A stretch of DNA of 64,000 nucleotides from an uncultured bacterium. Lineage in GTDB: Bacteria; Patescibacteriota; JACMRA01. The notes under the pieces are model-generated. The model saw nothing but the letters and a program-made list of their open reading frames with translations, was not told where the DNA came from and did not search any database. Within the stretch, counting starts at the first letter, position 1; each line of letters begins with the position of its first letter. This document shows positions 58,659 through 64,000 of the stretch, piece by piece. The stretch lies in contig OY969926.1 of NCBI GenBank assembly GCA_963704645.1, positions 704,001 through 768,000 on the forward strand. Reading direction: 5' to 3'. The translations under genes and the position numbers were made by a program.

Positions 58659-59660
58659 ATGTCCAAACCTACAATGTTAACAGGAGATAGGCCAACGGGG
58701 CCGCTACATATTGGCCACTATTTTGGCTCTTTGGTTAATAGGAAAAAATACCAGAATGAATATAAAACTTTCATAATGGTGGCTGATGTACAGGCTTTAA
58801 CTGATAATTGGGATAATCCTGAAAAAGTTAGGCAAAATGTTTTTGAAGTGGCTGTAGATAACATGGCTTTAGGCTTAGAAGCAGAAACTAAGTTGTTCAT
58901 TCAAAGCCAAATTCCCCAAATAGCCGAATTAACAGTATATTTTTCTAACCTTGTCACTATTAACCGTTTAAAAAGAAATCCAACGGTTAAAACTGAAATT
59001 GAACAAAAGAAAGATAAGTTTGGAAGCGAAGGTGAGAGTTTGACTTTTGGGTTTTTAGGTTACCCAATTTCACAAGCCGGAGATATTACTTTGGTTAGAG
59101 CTAATATTGTTCCAGTTGGTGAAGATCAGTTGCCAGTAGTAGAACAGACCCAAGAAATTGTGGAAAAATTTAACAGAATTTATAAGCAAAATGTTTTTCC
59201 TTACCCTAAAGCACTTTTGTCTGAATCGCCTAGAATTTTGGGTTTAGATGGAAATGCTAAAATGAGTAAAAGCTTAAACAACTGTATATATTTAAAGGAT
59301 GACGAAGACACTACAATTGCTAAAATTAAAGTAGCTAAAACAGATTCCATTTCCGAAATTTATTTTGACGAAGAAAACAGACCAGAAATTTCCAACTTAA
59401 TTAGAATGTATGGTCTAGTAAATAATATTTCAATAGAAAAGGCTGCAGAAGATTTGAAAGGGTTAAATAATTCAGCTTTTAAACAAAAGTTGGCCACAGA
59501 TATGAACCTATATTTTGCAGAATTTAGAGCCAGAAGACTTCAAATTGCTAACAATCCAAAGCTTGTATGGGAAAAGCTTGAAGAGGGCAGGCAGGCAGTG
59601 TTAAAAGAGGCTGAGCTAACCATGGCAGAGTTAAGGAAAGCTATGAGAGTGGATTATTAA
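58659..59660 (+). CDS. trpS: Tryptophanyl-tRNA synthetase
   Basis: TGDRPTGPLHIGH, YP.SQA.DI, VPVGEDQ, KMSKS. Confidence 0.96.
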   Translation: MSKPTMLTGDRPTGPLHIGHYFGSLVNRKKYQNEYKTFIMVADVQALTDNWDNPEKVRQNVFEVAVDNMALGLEAETKLFIQSQIPQIAELTVYFSNLVTINRLKRNPTVKTEIEQKKDKFGSEGESLTFGFLGYPISQAGDITLVRANIVPVGEDQLPVVEQTQEIVEKFNRIYKQNVFPYPKALLSESPRILGLDGNAKMSKSLNNCIYLKDDEDTTIAKIKVAKTDSISEIYFDEENRPEISNLIRMYGLVNNISIEKAAEDLKGLNNSAFKQKLATDMNLYFAEFRARRLQIANNPKLVWEKLEEGRQAVLKEAELTMAELRKAMRVDY

Positions 59661-59708
59661 GGCCCAATCAAATAATCTATAGAGATCAAGCTAATAAACA
59701 ATTGCAAG

Positions 59709-60203
59709 TTAACCAATTACTGGTGTTCCCACTATATATGGTGATAAACCCTCAGGATATCTTCTTAAAAGATTAGATAAGTTAGTTTTTACTGTGTCTG
59801 TATTCTTTTTTGCATCGTACCACTTTCTTACTGCACTTAAAATATCACTTACAAATATTTTGACATCTATGTTATACGCATCACCCATAATATTGTTATG
59901 AAATACATTCGATGTTACACCTGGTTCTAAAAAAATTATTCTTGAGTACCCGGATTCTCTGTGTATTGAAGTACCTTGATGAAGAAGTGAGCATCGAAAC
60001 CTATAAAAGTCAGCTGGATCTAACATTGGGTACTTTTGGCTAAGATTCTCAGTAATCCAGTTTATATATTTTGTTTTTGTTGTTTCTCCATTTTCTGACT
60101 CTGAAGCAGCGCATATGTCTGGCAAAGCCAAAGAGCAATAAAGTGCTAAATAGTACAAATTATTGTTTATTGCAATTTCTATTTGGTTTAATAAATCATC
60201 CAT
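59709..60203 (-). CDS. Conserved hypothetical protein with HEPN-like Rx4H motif
   Basis: YYLAL...LALPDICAA, FYRFRCSLLHQG. Confidence 0.6.
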   Translation of the reverse strand: MDDLLNQIEIAINNNLYYLALYCSLALPDICAASESENGETTKTKYINWITENLSQKYPMLDPADFYRFRCSLLHQGTSIHRESGYSRIIFLEPGVTSNVFHNNIMGDAYNIDVKIFVSDILSAVRKWYDAKKNTDTVKTNLSNLLRRYPEGLSPYIVGTPVIG

Positions 60204-60244
60204 AAGCCAGAAATTGAAAATATTATGGAGATTGTCAATAAACC

Positions 60245-61519
60245 TTAACTAAACGGCCAAAGTTTTTTTAGCATGTTTCCCATTGAATTTCCTGAGTCGT
60301 TGCTAGATGAACGTGTAGGGGAACTTCCTTTGTTTACTTTATAGCTGGCCATATCTTCTGAGTGATATAAAGAATAAGCTGCTAAAGCTATTACATTAAT
60401 AAAAGCCGGGTCGCCGTTGTAATCTGGTACAAATTCTACAACATTTCTATCGAAGGCATATTTAAAAATAGGAAGTTTTAATATATCTTTAGCTATTTCT
60501 TCAATGCCTTTTAAAGCAGAACCTCCTCCAACCAAAACTGCGCCTCCAGGTAGCTGAGAGTTCTTACCAATCTTTCTAAGCTCGCGGTTAATGAACATGA
60601 AAATTTCCTCTACACGGGCTTTGGCTACAGAATTTACTTCACTTATTTTAAAAGTTTCGTTAATTTGTAAGTCTGGGTTATACATTTCAATTTCATCAGC
60701 CTCTAAATTATTTTCTAAGTGAAAATTTACGTACTGCTTCTTAATTTCCTCAGACATTTCCATTGTAGTTTGAAGGCCAACGGCTAAATCTGCAGTAATG
60801 TGATCACTTCCAACTGGAATAACACCACTAGTAAAAATCTCTTCGTTTTCCCAAACTATGTAAGATGTAGAGGTGTAACCAATGTCAATTAAAACAGTTC
60901 CAGCCTTTTTTTGCCTAAGAGAAAGTAAAAAATCTCCAGAGGCAAGTGGAGTAAATATTTGGTTGGAAATTTCTACACCGGCTTGCTGAATTACTTTAGA
61001 AAAATTTCTTAAATAGCTGGTTTCAACACTAACAATTAAAGTTTTTGCTTCAAGTTTAGAGCCAATCATTCCAACAGGATATCTAATTCCTCCTTGATTA
61101 TCTATACTAAAATTTCTGGGTATAACGTGAATAATTTCGCTGTTATTTATACCAAAAGCTTTAGTTAAACTATCTTGAATTACACGGTCAACATCGCTAT
61201 CTAAAATTTCATTATCACTTCGGGAAACAATTATTAGACCATCTGAATTGGTGAAAGAAACAGCCATTCCGTTAATTCCAAACACTGCACGCTTAATTGG
61301 TAGGCCAATAATGCTTTCGGCTTGGTTAACGGTTTCAATTAAAGCTTCTGTGGCTTCGCTCATGTTTGTAACTATACCCTTTCTTATACCATTGCTAGTA
61401 CGCTCTACAAGAGCAAGAATTTGAACTTTATCTTGCTCGTCTAAGGCGTCTTTAGCAATGGCTAATTTAATTGAGTTAGACCCAATATCAATTGCAACTA
61501 AGTAAGGATCTCTAGCCAC
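60245..61519 (-). CDS. ftsA: Cell division protein FtsA
   Basis: AIDIGSNSIK, GIRKG.V, LIDIG, IPVGSDHITADL, VLVGGGS. Confidence 0.93.
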   Translation of the reverse strand: MARDPYLVAIDIGSNSIKLAIAKDALDEQDKVQILALVERTSNGIRKGIVTNMSEATEALIETVNQAESIIGLPIKRAVFGINGMAVSFTNSDGLIIVSRSDNEILDSDVDRVIQDSLTKAFGINNSEIIHVIPRNFSIDNQGGIRYPVGMIGSKLEAKTLIVSVETSYLRNFSKVIQQAGVEISNQIFTPLASGDFLLSLRQKKAGTVLIDIGYTSTSYIVWENEEIFTSGVIPVGSDHITADLAVGLQTTMEMSEEIKKQYVNFHLENNLEADEIEMYNPDLQINETFKISEVNSVAKARVEEIFMFINRELRKIGKNSQLPGGAVLVGGGSALKGIEEIAKDILKLPIFKYAFDRNVVEFVPDYNGDPAFINVIALAAYSLYHSEDMASYKVNKGSSPTRSSSNDSGNSMGNMLKKLWPFS

Positions 61520-61530
61520 AGAACTAATAA

Positions 61531-61743
61531 TTATTTTTTACTAAGCCTATCTAGAACGGTTTGGTTTTCAAGGTAATTAGCTTGGCGCATTGCCTTTCTC
61601 TTTTTTTCTAAGTCAGAAAGGGGTTTTTCTGTATGCTTAGTTTTTCTTTTGCGAGCAATCAAGTTGCTTTTTTTAACTCTTTTAAGGAATAAACTAACAA
61701 CTTTTTGGTTAGAGTCTTCGCGGTTTTTTTTAACAAAAATCAT
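61531..61743 (-). CDS. rpsU: 30S ribosomal protein S21
   Basis: V.K...S.......F.KRVK.S......K...EKP.S...K. Confidence 0.75.
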   Translation of the reverse strand: MIFVKKNREDSNQKVVSLFLKRVKKSNLIARKRKTKHTEKPLSDLEKKRKAMRQANYLENQTVLDRLSKK

Positions 61744-61814
61744 AATATATGGTATGGGAATAAAATTTTAACCTGTCAACGATGGTAAATAATTTGGAAA
61801 TTTTTGGTACCCAA

Positions 61815-62177
61815 TTATTTATCTTTATCTTCAAATTTAGTAAAGAAGATACCAACTAAGGTAATTGCTGGAATTAATAATGCTGTCCAGACAAGGCCAG
61901 ACTTGCTTGTGAAAGATAGCAAATAAGGTGTGAATGTTTGAATTATTGCTAAAACGAACAAACCTAAAATTACTATTTTTGTATTAACAACTTCAAGTTT
62001 TGGATATTGTTTTTCTTTGGAAAGAAGACTTAAAATTAAAGTTACTATTCCTACAATAACAAAGCTTAATTTTGCTGAAATACTGCTATCTGTGTCTACA
62101 AGCCATGGTAAAACTAAATTCAATAAACCTAAAACGTAGCTTAAGTATATGAAATAAGGGTAGGGTATTAGATTCAT
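61815..62177 (-). CDS. Four-TM membrane protein (SPW-repeat-like)
   Basis: Two hairpins with LPWL and TPYL. Confidence 0.6.
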   Translation of the reverse strand: MNLIPYPYFIYLSYVLGLLNLVLPWLVDTDSSISAKLSFVIVGIVTLILSLLSKEKQYPKLEVVNTKIVILGLFVLAIIQTFTPYLLSFTSKSGLVWTALLIPAITLVGIFFTKFEDKDK

Positions 62178-62190
62178 AAAAGGTAAAAAA

Positions 62191-62568
62191 TTATACTGCA
62201 GCTTTAACTGGTTTAGTTCTAACAGATTTAGCTGGATCTTTAATATCTCTTAGGTTGTAAAGTTTAGATCTTCTTCCTCTTTGTAAAGGTGTGGTTAATA
62301 CAACTTTTGAAATTAATGGAGAGTGTAATGGGAAAACCCTTTCAACTTTAATTCCTGCTGTGGCATTTTTTAGAACTGTGAAAGTTCCATCGGAACCCAT
62401 ACCATGCTTCATGCTGATTATAACTCCGCTGAAAACCTGGATTCTTTCTTTATCACCTTCAATAATTCTGTAGTGTACATCAACACTGCTTCCTGGCTTA
62501 AGTTGTGGTAGATCGTTTCTGAGTTGAGCCTTAACCACAGAACTATTCAAAATCTTTAAATTGGACAT
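62191..62568 (-). CDS. rplS: 50S ribosomal protein L19
   Basis: EGDKERIQVFSG, VERVFPLHSP, RRSKLY.LR. Confidence 0.96.
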   Translation of the reverse strand: MSNLKILNSSVVKAQLRNDLPQLKPGSSVDVHYRIIEGDKERIQVFSGVIISMKHGMGSDGTFTVLKNATAGIKVERVFPLHSPLISKVVLTTPLQRGRRSKLYNLRDIKDPAKSVRTKPVKAAV

Positions 62569-62686
62569 AGACTATTCATTTAAAAGAAAGAAAAGTTATT
62601 GCTTTAGTCAAGCCTATACTTGACACAACTTACGAATCGGGGAAGTTTTAATAGTTTTTCCGTTAAAATCAAATTAATATAAATAT

Positions 62687-63268
62687 ATGTATGTAGACCC
62701 TAAACAAGCCGAGTTCGTTGAGGCGAATACCTTTGCTAAGCAATTTTCGTTGCGTCATGTTTTTCGTGCTGGAGCCATAATTTGGTGCAAATATAGAGGA
62801 AAAGATTACTATGTAGTTTTTAAATCTATTACCAGACCTAATCGTGGCACGCAATTACCTGGTGGTAGAATAGAACGTAGCGAAAACTTTGCTGAAACAA
62901 TATTAAGAGAAGTTCAAGAAGAGAGTGGAATTCAAACCAGAATTATCTGTCCTTTGGGCTTTTTGTATTACGAAAATGCAGCCGATAATTATTCTAATAT
63001 GCAACTTTATTATATTGTTCGCCCGTTATTTAAAGTTGATGTTTTTAAGAAGTGGAAGCATGTCGATAAAGATTTAACCAAGCAAGAACTAGAATGTTGG
63101 TGTGTAGATGTGGAAGAGCCTACCAATTTTTTGGCTGCCGGCCAAGCTCAAGTTGTAGAAATGTTCAAAGTTTGGCTAAAAGACCATAAAAAGAAGACTG
63201 ATGGGCATAAAAAAGATAAAGGAAATGATAAAGTAACTAATGAAGTTATTAGTAAGATAGAAGTTTAG
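62687..63268 (+). CDS. NUDIX hydrolase
   Basis: PGGRIERSENFAETILREVQEESG Nudix box. Confidence 0.88.
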   Translation: MYVDPKQAEFVEANTFAKQFSLRHVFRAGAIIWCKYRGKDYYVVFKSITRPNRGTQLPGGRIERSENFAETILREVQEESGIQTRIICPLGFLYYENAADNYSNMQLYYIVRPLFKVDVFKKWKHVDKDLTKQELECWCVDVEEPTNFLAAGQAQVVEMFKVWLKDHKKKTDGHKKDKGNDKVTNEVISKIEV

Positions 63269-63462
63269 TTTCTATAAAAATGTATATTTTACCACCCGTA
63301 AGGGGTGGATTTTTAGTATTAGAATTTCTTTTTAAAAGGTTGCTGTAATTCCTATTAATCCCCACCACCACTAATCAGTCCAAAAATGAACACAAAATAT
63401 CTTGGACATATATAAGCTTTATCTGAAGAATTGATCATTCACAATTCAGATACAGACTATTT

Positions 63463-64000
63463 ATGAACAAAGATAAATTAAACTTTTTAAAACACAATTG
63501 GCAGAAAAGTCTCTCTCCATCAATTACTATCTTTCTAACAACATTAACCATCCTAACCCCAATACTCTCGCTAACAACAAGTGCTAAAACTACATTTAAT
63601 AACTATGATGAAAGTAAAATTAAATATGGAAGGGATAAAGCTAATTACAGTAATACAAAAACAGGAGAATCAACATCTTCCTCTACATCTAATGCCTCTG
63701 GAGACCAGGGTACACAGGAACCTATTGAGACTTCGCCGACTCTTCCGCCAAACAAACTAACCATCCAAAGCACAGGCTGTTATTACATTTCAAGAATAAG
63801 TAATGATGGAGCAGGAGGTAAACTTTACCTTGTAGGAAAAAACGATGATGGTTCAGATAAACTAATTTCAGATAATTACAATAACCTTACTACAAAATCA
63901 GATTCTATTCTTCTAGGAAACTTCCTTTCAGGCCAAGACCTAATTCTAAAAATAACTCCCTTCTACTCACAGTCTCCTAAAATAATTCTTTCTACAGATT
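63463..64000 (+). CDS. Secreted protein, N-terminal part (runs off window)
   Basis: Hand-translated MNKDKLNFLKHNWQKSLSPSITIFLTTLTILTPILSLTTSA..., open to the end; A/C-skewed like the adhesin constant regions. Confidence 0.65.
   Translation, partial: MNKDKLNFLKHNWQKSLSPSITIFLTTLTILTPILSLTTSAKTTFNNYDESKIKYGRDKANYSNTKTGESTSSSTSNASGDQGTQEPIETSPTLPPNKLTIQSTGCYYISRISNDGAGGKLYLVGKNDDGSDKLISDNYNNLTTKSDSILLGNFLSGQDLILKITPFYSQSPKIILSTD

Noticed and set aside
1-64000. Alternative genetic code (UGA recoding as in Gracilibacteria/Absconditabacteria)
   Set aside because: Core genes translate full length under code 11 without internal TGA

Overview
AT-rich bacterial chromosome segment (genetic code 11) that reads like a Patescibacteria/CPR genome. 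This is inferred from a stand-alone TraC/VirB4-associated protein, an archaeal-type TyrRS, a short pyruvate kinase, scattered ribosomal genes and SD-less short leaders. The backbone is housekeeping genes (murI, clpP, def, hrcA, secY, HU, typA, greA-rplU-rplQ-rplM-rpsL, pyk, pth, murD, tyrS, rpmB, sod, trpS, ftsA, rpsU, rplS, six tRNAs) interleaved with many one-gene variable slots. Main observations: (1) a surface-protein locus, with a WxL-like plus DUF916-like pair facing two mosaic adhesins that share an identical 541-bp C-terminal/downstream module, and module borders that are G-rich on entry to a variable part and C-rich on exit, a polarity also seen at variable slots elsewhere in the window; (2) seven dispersed orphan genes with one non-canonical promoter motif, two of them inside ~815-bp units bounded by duplicated tRNA 3' ends and terminators; (3) typA/bipA cleanly split into two genes; (4) an unannotated 40-aa coat/pilin-like peptide gene; (5) a GT2 synthase broken at two homopolymers; (6) two palindromic repeat families. 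All calls come from reading motifs by eye; no searches were run.
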